From assembly GCA_951406725.2 (NCBI GenBank), contig OX597815.1:176390001-176454000 (forward strand): a DNA stretch of 64,000 bases. Direction: 5' to 3'. Of this stretch, positions 28,359-42,807 are shown piece after piece; the first letter of the stretch is position 1, and the number at the start of each line of letters is the position of its first letter. The notes beneath the pieces were generated by a model. The model was not told where the DNA came from. It made no database searches and saw only the letters and a program-made list of their open reading frames with translations. The position numbers and the translations under genes are program-made. The DNA comes from Octopus vulgaris (taxonomy: Eukaryota).

Positions 28359-30176
28359 CTGTGGAAAGGGAGAAGAGAGAAATAACTTGAGCATTGTTTT
28401 CTGCTTGCTGTATCGCTATCTGAGAATATTTAATTTAATTTGTATGTCGATAATGAATACTAATTGGTCTCACTTTTCAACAATCGTGCTTCTGACTGCT
28501 CCAAAATAATTTCCAAATTGCCTTCAAATCACTTTCAACTTTCTGAAACCTTTTCCCAGATAATCAGATAGGGAACAGCGCTACTTGTTATAGTATATAT
28601 TTTCATGACCTCAAAACTTGTGTGAAGAAAGAAATAAAGTCTACCTCTAACCGGAGAGCAGGGCCGAATGCCTGAAATGGAGTGAAATCCTCTAGGGAAA
28701 GGCAAACACGAAGTGCCAGTGCTTAATCCGGCTGTGGCAAGTCCGGATTAAGTCTATCACTAAAGTACAAAGAGCCGACACAAATATTGCAAAACATCTC
28801 ATCTAACGATTTAACAATTTTGCTCAGGAATCGCTCTTTACTGGTACTTTATCTTACAGACGCCGAAAGAATGAAAAGCAACACTGATCGGCATGGGATA
28901 AACTGGACAATTTATTTCTTGAATATCTAAGGCGTTCCAGGTATGGAGTGGTAGGATTGTTAGAACTTCGGAAGAAACACTTTGCCGTGCCTCGTCCAAA
29001 TTTTTGCGTTCTAGTGGCGATACATGCGATGATACTGGCGCTAAGGTGCAATGCCCCACATCTTTGCTTTTTCCTGACACAAAATCAGTTGTGAAGAGAG
29101 GAGACTTATAAGTATGGTAGCTAACTACTCTTCTTCCAAAGAAATGCAATGTTCAATATATTCAAGACTTTAGGACTAGAATCTTCTCTTGTGTGTGCAA
29201 GTGATGTAGACCTCCTAATAATTCGGAATTGGTATACTTTACCAGCTCAAAACATAGGAATTATATCGTAATTAAAGTGATAAATTTTGGTTTGAATAAA
29301 ATGGATTTATTTGCAAATAGCATGAATATATAAGCACGTGCAAATACATGTAAGTTGGCTTTCGTGTTCTGAACCAGAACAACAAAACTACGTACACCAG
29401 AACAGCTTAATGTTCTGGAAATAAGGCAGTCGTTATATTTGTTTGCCAATATTGGACAGAATATCTATTTCTCTGCGGCAATGAATCTGCAATGGAATAT
29501 GTGTGCTTATCGACTTGATCAGTAAGGCTTCGACAAGCTGTAACGACGTTACGTTTCCTCAGGGGTTCTGTAATTGTCTCCCTTACGTGTCGATGGCGAT
29601 AGATATTTAATCATTGCGATAGGTTTTCATTTTACAGAATATTAGAATGAATATTTCTTTTAAAATTTCGATCTATTGAATAAGTTTTCACTCACACAAC
29701 AGTTAAATTTTACTTTGGATGATCTCAATTAGTCATCTCAATTAGTCATTATTTATTTTACTCCCCAACAATTAATAAACAATTTAATATGGTTGTTTAT
29801 CAAGTCGCTGTCATATGTCAACACTAATTCAACTGGAATTTGATCAAACATGAACCAGCATTGATTGCTAGGTCTTCTGTATGTGTCTCACTGCACTATC
29901 CAATGGGTCAATTCTGTTTTAAAGCTATTGTGTGTGATTTGAAGGAATGTTTCTGCTACCGCTAGCGGGTCCAGTGACTGTAATGAGGTTTCATGCGTTG
30001 ATGATGTTGAAATGCTGAAAGGCGAAGGTCGCAAAAGCATCGAAAGAAAAATTAGTAACTTGTGAATATTGATTTCCATTTACGGGATATAATAAAAATT
30101 CTCAGGATGTTTTGTCGAATAAACTTTCACCAAAATACGGCAGAAATTATATAATGTTCTTCGAATTTCCTTACAA

Positions 30177-30218
<42 letters not shown>

Positions 30219-30389
30219 CACACATATACGAGTTAATAGGCCTGCAATAAATTGGTCCATTCGAGAGAAGAGAAAAGATTAGCAGTCAAATATGCTCAGA
30301 AGAGGCCATTGTTTTATAACATCATAATGCAGTTTAACATGAAAATGTGGACAATAACAATTGGCCGAAACGTACTGTAAGCGAAAAAA

Positions 30390-30464
<75 letters not shown>

Positions 30465-30470
30465 AAACAT

Positions 30471-30880
30471 AGGCGCAGGAGTGGCTGTGTGGTAAGTAGC
30501 TTGCTAACCAACCACATGGTTCTGGGTTCAGTCCCACTGCGTGGCATCTTGGGCAAGTGTCTTCTGCTATAGCCCCGGGCCGACCAATGCCTTGTGAGTG
30601 GATTTGGTAGACAGGAACTGAAAGAAGCCTGTCGTATATATGTATATATATATATGTGTGTGTGTATGTGTGTGTATGTGTGTGTGTTTGTGTGTGTGTG
30701 TTTGTCCCCCTAGCATTGCTTGACAACCGATGCTGGTGTGTTTACGTCCCCGTCACTTAGCGGTTCGGCAAAAGAGACCGATAGAATAAGTACTGGGCTT
30801 ACAAAGAATAAGTCCCGGGGTCGATTTGCTCGACTAAAGGCGAATGACTGAAACAAGTAAAAGAGTAGAGTAAAGAGTAA
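30471..30880 (+). mobile_element. SINE family B inserted in an (AAT)n tract
   Basis: AGGCGCAGGAGTGGCTGTGTGGTAAG...GGTTCAGTCCC...CTTGGGCAAGT...GAAACAAGTAAAAGAGT; lacks the GGTGCTCCAGCATGGCC block. Confidence 0.93.
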
Positions 30881-30921
30881 TGATAATAATAATAATAATA
30901 ATGATGATGATGATGATGATG

Positions 30922-30981
<60 letters not shown>

Positions 30982-31301
30982 TGAGGGAAAATTATTCGAA
31001 ACTTATAGGAAAAAATTCAATTTAGAAATACTAAATCAAATTTCACAAAATATGATATATATATGTATATATATATATTTATATAAATTAGAAAAAACCC
31101 ACCTTTTATCAATTCAATAAGGAAAAATTAAATCGTAATTTAATTTTTCATTTTCATTATTGAATTGATAAAATGTGTTTTTTTTATGAATGTATGTATG
31201 TATCTATGTATGTATACATGTAAACAGAAAGGAAGCAAAGACTGAAGATTTGCAGACGATGAATATTTTAGTATAAATATAGAGATATTTATATAAATCA
31301 A

Positions 31302-31434
31302 ACTTACACAAAGTACAAACGACAGAGAAAATTAAAGGAGAGCAGGTAAGATGTTACAAGTCTGTCAACTTGTGACTTGTAACACCTTACCTTCTCCCTT
31401 TTAATTTTGTTTGTTGTTTGTACTTTATGTAAGT
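31302..31434. repeat. Imperfect fold-back hairpin next to (TCTA)n
   Basis: ACTTACACAAAGTACAAAC...GGTAAGATGTTACAAGTC / GACTTGTAACACCTTACC...GTTTGTACTTTATGTAAGT. Confidence 0.85.
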
Positions 31435-31456
31435 ATGATCCATCCATCCATCCATC

Positions 31457-31554
<98 letters not shown>

Positions 31555-31556
31555 TT

Positions 31557-31752
31557 TTATTTTATTTTCTAAAATTTTCGTTGCGTCTTGCCCTTTTCAA
31601 TAGTTTGATCTGTTATTCTGTTGTGTCTTCCTTATTTTTATTTTTCTAAAATTTTCGTTGCGTCTTGCAGCCTTTTCAATAGCTTTGATTCTTGAGAGTC
31701 AGGACTATTGAAAAGGTTGCAAGACGCAACGAAAATTTTAGGAAAATAAAAA
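31557..31752. repeat. Triplicated module (two direct copies, one inverted) containing a UUGAAAA hammerhead-like motif
   Basis: TTTTCTAAAATTTTCGTTGCGTCTTGC...CCTTTTCAATAG at about 31566 and 31642; inverted copy CTA-TTGAAAA-G-GTTGC-AAGAC-GCAAC-GAAA-ATTT-TAG at 31705-31741. Confidence 0.8.
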
Positions 31753-32150
31753 GAAGAAAAAAGTGGCAACTTTACCGCTGAGTGTTTTAAATTATAAGAC
31801 ACAAACAGAGAATGACTCTCCCCAGATACAACAGAATAAATACATATACTTGCTTTTATAGTATATATATTTGCTTTTATACTTTCAATCATGAAAGTAA
31901 ATAAATAGTTCTTTCACATCTGGTTATATATTCTACAGAAATTTTGTTGTTTACAACTCCATTTTCCGACTGAAAAATGTAGTGTGTATAAAGCAAAATA
32001 TATTAACTTCACTGGAGAACAAATCGATGCATTGAACTGCTTCATATGCATTTTATTGTTAAAGAAATATGAAAGGATTGTCGTCGCTGCTGTCTTCTGT
32101 CTTTACAGCTAAGCAACCAATATATATATATATGTGTGTGTGTGTGTGTA

Positions 32151-32202
<52 letters not shown>

Positions 32203-32247
32203 CATATATATCTGTATATATATATATATATGTGTGTGTGTATGTAC

Positions 32248-32305
<58 letters not shown>

Positions 32306-32795
32306 CTGTATATATATATATATATATATATATGTGTATATATATGTATATATGTATGTATATATATATGTATTTATACATATATATACATTTATACATA
32401 CTACTCCTGGGTGACTACATATTCTTTAAAAGGTTTGCTATTTATTCTCTAATGGAAGAAAATATATTTTTTGAAAATTTCATTGAAATTCACAAAGCAT
32501 TGATGGCAGGAGGAAAACACAATAATAGAAAGAAATGTAAATTCTCTCGGTGAATTGTAATTATTTTTGTTTTACTTAATTCATCTTTTGATATTGTATA
32601 TATATATTTTTTTAAGAATGAGAGTTTCCTTTTTACATTTCAAGTATATTCACTACAGGGACGTACGATCTTCAACATGTCTTCACTCATATTTAACAAA
32701 GTACAAATGTCACATAAACGAGTTAATATAACTAGATCAGCGCATGTCAAACTAATAAGACGGAACGAGCAGCGACCGTTACCACTGAACCTTAC

Positions 32796-32883
32796 CTGAA
32801 GACTCACAGATAATGCTGTTAATACTGATGGAGTATTCTTTATCTGACGAGTTAATTTTATCATCACGGTTTTCGTCTACATC
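32796..32883 (-). CDS. Candidate internal exon (DVDENRDDKINSSDKEYSISINSIICESS)
   Basis: Acceptor TTCAATTTAG|, strong donor CAG|GTAAGG, 88 nt open frame, phase 0 to 1. Confidence 0.55.
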
Positions 32884-33365
32884 CTAAATTGAATTTCAGT
32901 TTGGTTTTATTTTATGTATGAATTTTTATGACACTGTCTTGTCGTGTCTATGGTTAAGATGGAATAATATAGAACCATAAAGATGCCACATAACTATACG
33001 TATAGACTAGTGTGCAAACAAGAGTAATATGTAAACCAAACGGCTAACTTAAAGGGTATTAAAGTAGCAGCCATTTTTTTAATAACAAACTAATGAACTC
33101 AGCCTAAAAGAAATAGTCTTCTCTCTATATACGTGGCTTAGCGGTTCGGGCATTCGGCTCACGATCTTAATATCAGTAATTTGTGATAAAAAAAGAAATG
33201 TTCGTAGGGGAAGCGAATGGATGGGCAGGGATGGATTGAGCTACATTGAGTTTAATTCAGAGGAACGGTAATAGAAGGAAGGGAGAGATATGTATGCAGG
33301 GTATAATATCTAGGGGGCGAAATGTTGTTTAGCTAGGTAGCTGAGATCAAGATGCGTGTACACAC

Positions 33366-33431
<66 letters not shown>

Positions 33432-33805
33432 ACACACACTTTCGCTGGTACATGCACGCACACACAGGGTACTTTGACCACCCACCCATATTTTCAACCT
33501 CGGCCGTAGTTGATATGATTTATGTCTGAAAGATAACCTCATAGGGAGTGTGTCATCATGTTCGCTGCAAGACCGAAATGATACGCCGGCAGTGTGACCA
33601 ATCGACGACTATTTCATCGAAGGTGAATCACACACCCCTACGGCCATTTATATATATATATATATGACCTCGAACCCACAAGAGTAAACAAGAGAGACAG
33701 AGACAGGCAGAAACAAAGAAAATGTCACTTGTATTTGAGCACTATACAAATATTCTTTTAAAAAAAACTTTTCTTTTAATTTATTCTAAATTTAATTGTT
33801 TGTTA

Positions 33806-33843
33806 CAGTTTAAAAAAGTCTCAATGACTGAAACCGGTACTGA
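33806..33843 (+). ncRNA. Degenerate U3:A8-type hammerhead-like motif
   Basis: CAG-TTTAAAA-A-AGTC-TCAAT-GACT-GAAAC-CG-GTA-CTG; stems intact, G5 mutated; about 45 nt upstream of (TA)n. Confidence 0.5.
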
Positions 33844-33881
33844 AATGTTTTTTATAAAATTATTTTACCCTTTTCTATCTT

Positions 33882-33945
<64 letters not shown>

Positions 33946-34037
33946 TACTAATATAGGATGAAGTTTTTTCTCTACAGAAAAAATTCCATCAAGAAATGTG
34001 GCAGCATATTAAAATACCTTTACGGTTAAAATTATGA

Positions 34038-34230
34038 ACAACTTATAAGTAAGGGCTAAAGAAAATTATTTCAAAGCCAATATGCTGATAACAGACAATT
34101 AAATCGTCAATTTCCACATATAATCTACTCACTAGTAGAGTAGATTATATGTGGAAATTGACGATTTAATAGTCTGTTATCAGCATATTGGCTTTGAAAT
34201 AATTTTCTTTAGCCCTTACTTATAAGTTGT
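34038..34230. repeat. Near-perfect palindrome (93-bp arms, 7-nt loop) between (TA)n tracts
   Basis: Arms 34038-34130 and 34138-34230 with one mismatch seen; loop ACTAGTA. Confidence 0.95.
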
Positions 34231-34435
34231 GTATATATATATATATATATATATACATACACACTTGCATACAGGCACTTATACATACACATATACGTAC
34301 ACGTATCCATGTGTATGTAACTACATATACATATTCATACACTTGGGTCACTACACACCCACTGGTGTTTTCATATATCCATACATATACGACACACACA
34401 CTAATACACACTACTACAACCACTGCTACTGCTAT

Positions 34436-34505
<70 letters not shown>

Positions 34506-35419
34506 GGTGTTGCTGCTGCTGCTACTACTATTACTACTGCTAATTCCAGCATTTGTTGTATACGGCCAAAGGAAACATATTAAAACTGTAAATTTATTGC
34601 CAGCACAACGGGTGGGGAAATGGTTTGCAAGTAATAAAATAGTTGCTGTAGGATTACAACAAGTGTCTAGCAGAGAAGATGGTCTGCAAACAACAATAGT
34701 TGGAAAGCAAAATCAAACAAAAGTTAGAAGGTCGTCAATAGACATACAACAGGCGAAGCAATAAACGAGGTCGACGAAGAAATGCGAATGCTAGAATGCA
34801 ATATGTCACCATTGTATAGCAAATGAGATAACACTTGTAAATTTCATTCTCTTTTTCTCATGATCTACTTTCTGTATGTGTGCAGCTTTGAAAGCTTAAC
34901 TTCCATAGATTTTCTAGCACATATAGGGCACTGTGGAAAAAATACAGGTGACATCTGAATAACTAGCGTGCAAATCTTAAAATGATATTGGAATTCTGAT
35001 CAGCCTATGTACTAAACATCTATTATTATGTGAATGCGACAATTTTAATGTATTAATCCGTGAAACTCCTGGTGGAGAACGAGAGGCCACACAAGTTTTG
35101 ATTGAAATTAATATCTACAAAGTAGTGGAACTGTTAATAATATAGGTTGTTGACTCTTCAGTGTGACAGAAACACGATTATGGCCTAACACATCCAGCAC
35201 AGCAAACGAACGATGTTTACCTTTCTGTTGAGATGCGATAACACCGAATACTACAAAGCCATGTAGTCTATACGTAAAATATTTGCAACCTAAATGTTGT
35301 TTTACTCTTCATATATTGTGAGTTTCTCTTTCAATGACAAAAATACTGAGACAGCAGTTTTTATTTTTGGGATCATTAACAGTTTAGAAGAAAATATTTT
35401 ACTCAGATATAAAATCATT

Positions 35420-35725
35420 GGTGTTTGTTAATTCTCGAGCCATGCCTGGCTCATAAGGGCCAATTTCCTGGTTTTTCATTGGCGTATAGGTTACCCACCT
35501 GGGCAGGACGCCGGTCCATCACAGTTGAGCTACTAGATGCAGAAGAAAGAGTGAGAGAAAGTTGTGGAGAAAGAGTCAGCAGAAGTTCGCCATTTCTTTC
35601 TGCTGCAGTCGCGTGGAGCTTAGGTGTTTCGCTCGTAAACACACAAATCGCACGGTCTGAGATTTAAACCCGCGATCCCTCGACCGCGAGTCTGTTCCTC
35701 TTACCACTAGGCCATATGCCTCCAC
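35420..35725 (-). mobile_element. tRNA-derived SINE, family C, 11-bp TSD
   Basis: Reverse complement begins GTGGAGGCATATGGCCTAGTGGTAAGAG...GCGGGTTTAAATCTC; TSD ATAAAATCATT at 35409-35419 and 35726-35736. Confidence 0.85.
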
Positions 35726-37519
35726 ATAAAATCATTTATAAGTGCTGAATTCACCTAATTTAACCCAAGTCTGAATCCCAGTAGAGCCTCTAAGAAGGTA
35801 TATCTGTTCAGTGTTAAGCATCACGAAAACAAAAAGGAATCGTTAATCGACCTGTCTATTACCTAATTACACAAGAAAGTTGAAAAGTACAAAACCAACG
35901 GCGAGTTCTGCGGTGACGACGCAATGGTATCTTTATAAAGTAGTTTTGCATTACATCCATTGAATTAAGATAAATATATGAATCCATCTATGAATTCCAG
36001 GAACTGTTATTTATTGCCAAGATTTCGGGTTCGCTTTTTGGATATCTAATACTTCTAGAACGAGAAAAGTCGCTTCATTATTTTCAATTGTGGCAACCAT
36101 TCATCATATGGACTTTAAACAATAAAATCAGTCAAGTATGGCAAATCGCTGTTGGGTAATTCGTGTTGCTTCTAGCCCAAATGTAGAGATACTCATAAAA
36201 ACAGTGAGACGATATGTATTCAAAGATATGGTTTGTTATTTTCATTATTATTTTTCTATTAACCTTACTTTGCTATTAGAAACCGGTTGTTGCAAGTAGC
36301 ATTTTGTGTATATACTATGGTACTGTTAAGACACACGTCTAAAATATTAAGCAGGATCCGTATATTAGACCAAGAAATGCTGACTGAGAGAAGTAAGGAT
36401 GAAACTGAGGTCGAGATTCAACAATTCCATAATATTGAAGCACAATGACCAAAATGCAAATTAGGATCAAAATATATTTGCGGCGGGTTTATTGTTTGAT
36501 CTGCGATGATGACTGAGTTGATAAATGAAAATGTGTTTTTTGAGCTACGTGAAAAAGTAACTAAACACATCCTCGAACAATCAACAGAAGATTCTATTAT
36601 TGCAAATAGAATTTAACTGTGTTGGTCTTTTAATAAATAATAACAGCCATAATTACATACTGGAAGAGATATACTGTGTGGATTTTGTGGCAATCTTGTT
36701 GCTGCAGCAACCGGTGGTCGGCCCATCGTAACAGGAAACAATTGTGCTATATTCGTGACGACAGAGATTCCTGTTGACCATCTACCATATGTGTAAAGCT
36801 TTTTATAGGATACAGGAAGATTCTAGAAGATTGGTCACACGATGGTTGACGCTCATTCGTTGTTTAATAGGGCAAATCGCATGAAACTACTGTGGTTTGA
36901 TGGTAATGCGTGACCGATTAGCTAGGGTTCCGTTTCCAATCCCCGTTATAAGCAGTTCCAACATATTCCATCGTTTTATGGTCTATACTAGCTTTTGACA
37001 AAAACTCAATGCACAAACACGACGAAGTTGTGATCTTTGTAGATTGAAATCTTTACTTAAGCCGTTCACCAGAAAAAAAGAATTTATACGATGGAATCAT
37101 AAATAGAGAAGGGTTATATAGAAGTGGCAAAGGCACAAAACAGTGGGATGTGATTGTTTACATGGAAAGAGGGAAAACATTACAAAATAGTTAAATCCCA
37201 GAGAATAAAAATATTGTAACTTGAAAAGTATCCAAATGTATTTTCTGAGAATAGGATATCCAGACTGTAAAGACATTTTTGTATGTATATGACATTTTCA
37301 CTTGATAAAACCACAGACAACAGAAATTCGATTTGATACTGGTACACGCACACACCAATACACACGAACCCCTGCAAATACTGACATGGATCTTTCATAT
37401 AAAATATACTATAGCAGTTAGTATCATATTAGTGTATTAGAAATGCACTTAACTCTATATATATTTAATATTTTAGAAATTCTGTACAGGTATGTCAGGA
37501 GGCTACACAAAAAGTTATT

Positions 37520-37730
37520 AATTTCAAATTTTGGCTCAAGACCAGAAATGTCGGGAAAGGGAATAAATGAATTACATCGACGCCAATACTTATCAGTTAT
37601 ATATGTTATCGATCTGGAAAGGATAACAAGCAAAGTCGACCTCGGTGGAAATTGAATTCAGAACGTAATGTCGGACGAAACGCTGTTTCGCCTTTGCCCG
37701 GAGCGCAAACGATTCTGCCAGCTCACCGCT
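37520..37730 (-). mobile_element. SINE family A (diverged)
   Basis: GCAAAGTCGACCTCGGTGGAAATTGAATTCAGAACGTAA...GATTCTGCCAGCTCACCGC. Confidence 0.85.
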
Positions 37731-38330
37731 ATGTACACAAAATAAATGAGAATTGAAATAACAATTATAAGCATTAAATATATACGAATTATTTGTCGAA
37801 AAATGAAGGGTAATTAAAAAAGATTTAGGAGAGACCATTTCTGTTGCTTAAAATATTTCTTTCTACAGTATATTCTTCATCAAATTTCGGTATTGGCAAA
37901 CTAAATTTTGAAAGGGGAGAGGCAAAACAAAGCTTTGCATAAATCAAAAATTACTATCTGAAATTGGGAAATTGGAAAATCAAACCTCTGATCAGTTGAC
38001 AAATTCTATACTGCGTATTTTATAAATTCATACAATGAAGTGCCTTGCATTTTACTGTATAAAGAAAAACGGAAGATTTCAAGAAATTTCTAATGCCTCC
38101 TTATGTGAAGAAATATTCAAACCCATGCAGACATAATCTTTTTCTCTATCGAGCTGTAAATATTTGTATCAATCGATAAATCAATCTCGCTGCATGTATG
38201 CATACATCGAAGTTATTTATTCTGCGATATGTATAAATAGATCAAAATATGTATTTACACATCCAAAGAAAAGACTGACGAAATCAGCGCACATGCGCAC
38301 ACCTACTCAGACGTACAGACGCATGAATGC

Positions 38331-38813
<483 letters not shown>

Positions 38814-39497
38814 CATGTTTGTGTGTGTGTTTGTATGTTTACACGTACAGAGACAGATAAATAGAGAGACAAAATACAAAATACAAACACGTGGAAGATT
38901 AAGGGTCAAATAGGACGCAAACAAAATATTATATGAAATTAAAATATATAAAAAAGAAAACACTTGACTGAAAATGAATAGACATGTAGCGGAAAATAAT
39001 CAATCAAAGAAGTGTGCAATGGAAATATATACACACCATTGAAGGTAATATGGCATTGTCACCGATAACAACTCCAACAACAGCAACAGCAACAACTACT
39101 TCGGGCTCGGAGCGAACAGCGCGGGCTAAAACTATGCGCCTTCACTCGTCAGTTAAGGTGAGATAGTGTCACGTGACAACTTGCTGGGGCTGCTTGCTGG
39201 AGCCTATGCGGCAGGTATTTAAAGGGAGAAATTTGACAAGACAGTCAGTCACCGGCTGACACTCGCTGACGATACATCGAAGAGGCCAGGGAACAGAAGA
39301 AAGAAGACATGCACCCAACACCAGAGCTAAAGACACCTCCGAAAGGGGGGTCCCGCCACGTCAAAACGGTAGAGGAGTAGGGGCCGAAACCGGACGTGTT
39401 TCCTCCTGATGATGTCTTGAGCTAACTGTATCCTATAAAGGAGCTGTTGTGGTAGCAGACCACGAAACACGGTTGTAATTCCTACACCAGAGGCGTG

Positions 39498-39793
39498 AAC
39501 ACAACCAGCACTCAAGTTCGGCGATATATTGGATCGGTTGGAACTACCTTTAAGCGACCCCTGTACAACCACAGATCCTCTTTTAGGCTTTCATATCCGA
39601 CAAAATCAGAATAAAATATTATTAAGGATTTTCTTTACTTAATCAATTTACATTGCCACAGAAATACGTGTAAGAGTGTTGTAAATAAGTACTTTAAAAC
39701 CCTAATGAAAACCCTAAAAGAGGATCTGTGGTTGTACAGGTGCCGCTTAAAGGTAGCTCCAATATATCGCCGAACTTGAGTGCCGGTTGTGTT
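39498..39793 (+). mobile_element. Penelope-like element fragment: GIY-YIG endonuclease remnant with inverted duplication
   Basis: 39521-39590 reads RYIGSVGTTFKRPLYNHRSSFRL (YIG...FK.R..NH..SF); 39498-39593 is inverted at 39706-39793. Confidence 0.75.
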
Positions 39794-39798
39794 ATATT

Positions 39799-39844
<46 letters not shown>

Positions 39845-40096
39845 ATAGACACACACTCATATACGTATGTATGTATATATATATATAAAAGTTTCAATGT
39901 ACAGGAAACTTTTTTACAACTTCTATACACCACTTTCCTCGAATAATGGAACTGCAACTACAATACCTTTATATATTTTATATTTTTATTTCTACTTTCA
40001 TTTTCTTATTCTTTCTATATTCCCTATCGACCCCTTTTCCATAATAATTATTTATTTCGAACTCAAATATTTACCTCTATTGAACCATCTCACATC

Positions 40097-40144
40097 GTCT
40101 CTGAAGAAGGGATATCCATAATATCCCAGAAAGAGCTGTAAGAT
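40097..40144 (+). ncRNA. Type-I hammerhead motif (canonical core) in a PLE pseudo-LTR-like region
   Basis: GTCT-CTGAAGA-A-GGGATAT-CCATA-ATATCCC-A-GAAAG-AGCT-GTA-AGAT; perfect 7-bp stem II; one stem-III mismatch (GAAAG for GAAAC). Confidence 0.7.
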
Positions 40145-40502
40145 ATCTATATATCTTTCCTTATAAATGTCCTGAAAACTCCCCTCAGCCTTATCTATGT
40201 TATCGCATTTTGTCTAATATATATATTTGCATGCTAATACAAGACCCACATTAGACTCCTCACTCGCATCACGATCGAACCAAGAGTTTAACTACGATAT
40301 GTCCATAGCACTTAATGCGTTACCTGTCATTCTTTGGGTCTTCTAGATACCAATACCTCTCATATATAACAGTATGACTACAGCTTTGAAGTTGAAACAT
40401 TTAAAAGATTTATATATACACACACACACACACAAACACACCGTCGCTGCCATCACCACTGCTACCACCATTACCACAGCAATTACAACAATAACAACAG
40501 CA

Positions 40503-40597
<95 letters not shown>

Positions 40598-40879
40598 AGC
40601 AGAAGTGAGGAGAAGGTAAGAATAACAATAGGAAATGTGGAAAATTTAAGAAGTATACTGAAATAGCTAACAACATTACCACGGAAATATTCTGTCTTGC
40701 TAATGTCTGGTAAAATAAATTAAGAAGAGAGAAAATAAACAAAGAAATATTGTAGAAACTGGATTAAAGTGCAGGACTCGAAGCCAGCATTGTAGCGTTA
40801 TTAAATGCGGAGTAGGGTCTTGCTGCATTGTAAAAATATAAAAAAAAACAATATCAAGAGAAAAGAATTGGTAAAGCTG

Positions 40880-41205
40880 ATATGAGGAAAGTCATCAGAG
40901 AATGACGACCTTCTGACAAACATGGCACTCGGTCGAATCCAGTGACGAGGGTGCCAAGTGATCCGATCAACGGAATATATTCTACCCGTCACAAACACAA
41001 ACCCGCGTACCCTTAGTTTCGAGGGAGATTCAGCCTGAGAATAGAATGTGATCAAGCTGCACCATTCATTGTTGCCAGCTGACTGGGTTGAAGCAACTTG
41101 AAATGAAGTGTCTTGCTCAAGGACACAATGATCTGCCGGAAATCGAACTCACGACCTTACGATTGTGAGCCGAATACCCTTAAAACTAAGTGACGCTCCT
41201 TCATG
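40880..41205 (-). mobile_element. tRNA-derived SINE, family D (diverged)
   Basis: AAGTGTCTTGCTCAAGGACAC and GAAATCGAACTCACGACC...GAGCCGAATACCCT are the reverse complement of a tRNA head plus a CCTTGAGCAAG core. Confidence 0.75.
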
Positions 41206-41649
41206 TGCTACTATACCATTAGATGTCCTACGGAGGCAATGAGATGAAGGCGAATTCGACAAGTTAAATTCAGTGCAAAATTTATTGATCCCAGCCATAT
41301 TTAAACAACAACATTAGATCCAGAGATCTCTTCCATATTTCTGCAGAGATGACTTTATTGGATGTTTACTGTTGAAGGTGAATATTATTGAAACAGACAG
41401 CATATAATACAATTACTTTAGTGCGATATTTTGTTCATGAACTTCTTCGTACACATCTTGATTTAATAGAGAGGTAACAGAAACATTATTTTAAGCTAAA
41501 GTACTTCCCAATAGGATTGAGAAATTCGATCCTTGTATCAATGAGAAATATATAATCTTAATCAAATTAACGTGACCTGGTGATATTCAGTACGATCTCT
41601 ATTGAAGTATTTATCAGCTTCGAAGAATCACAAATTTAAAAACATTAAC

Positions 41650-41728
41650 CCAGTTGATTTTCGGATGCGAATGGAATTCAGAAAATGTTTCCAGCAGTCT
41701 TTTACCCAGAGCATATACGTATAAAAAG
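41650..41728 (-). CDS. Candidate internal exon ((S)FLYVYALGKRLLETFSEFHSHPKINW)
   Basis: Strong acceptor TTTTTTTCTGTTTAG|, weak donor TGG|GTTAAT, 79 nt, phase 2 to 0 matching both neighbours. Confidence 0.45.
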
Positions 41729-42771
41729 CTAAACAGAAAAAAATGTATGCAGCAGTAGTTCATTTCACAATATCTCTTAGTTAAATTCCTTGTTATCAAA
41801 AACACAGATATTTCAGGAAGATATTGACTTTAACGACTACGTGGGAGGAATTATTGATAACCCATCTCACATTAATGAAGTAACGAAACTCAATATCAGA
41901 CAGAATCCCACGCAGCAGTCAATGCGAAGTATTGATTATAGAGAAAGGCGATAAACATACAGAACTTATATATGGATATTATTGAAAATGGTTTAAATAA
42001 TTATTTATCATCATAATTTAGTTGAATATAAACATTCTATTGCATTTAAACTGAAGATGGTGTAATTTATTTTTCCGTGACTATATAAGAGCCTGGTTCA
42101 TACGCATGGCAATGTTTACGTCTCTTGTCAAATACCTCTTTATATAACAACCTGTCTCTCTTTTCTTCTATCTCTTCTGTAAATATGTCTCTTCCACTAC
42201 TAACATGCACACTAACTGCCCTGAAGCTATAAATCCTTTGAAAGCCCCACTCACAACTGACCTCTTAATATCATCCCAGCTATGCTGTTTCTTTCATTCC
42301 AAGCCAGCTTTGGCTGGAATCAAGCTCGACTGGCCAATCGTGGTAAAGTGTTGTCCTTATATTGTTTTGAAATGTTATCTATCGTATAATGAAAGCGTTA
42401 TTTTTAGTTATGATGTAATATACGTATTAATCTATTAAAGAAATCCGCTGGAGACAGCTGCAATGAAGTGACGCTTATCCATCGTTTTGGTATTTAATTA
42501 TTTGTTCATAATACACTTCACTGGAATCCCGACCCGTCGGATGTTCTGGAGTATGCCCAATGACGGACGCCCATTGCAACATACACTTTTGAAGTAACCC
42601 TTACGCTATTAAAACACTCATAGGGATTGAATTCTCTGAATACATAACCTGAATATTTCCCTGAATCTACTTCGGTATCAATGTTATTTATTCGACCAAA
42701 GGTGGTATTTAGGAGTTGATTTCGACCCTACCTGGTGCCTATAATTTAAATACCTGATTCCTTTTGAATCC

Positions 42772-42807
<36 letters not shown>

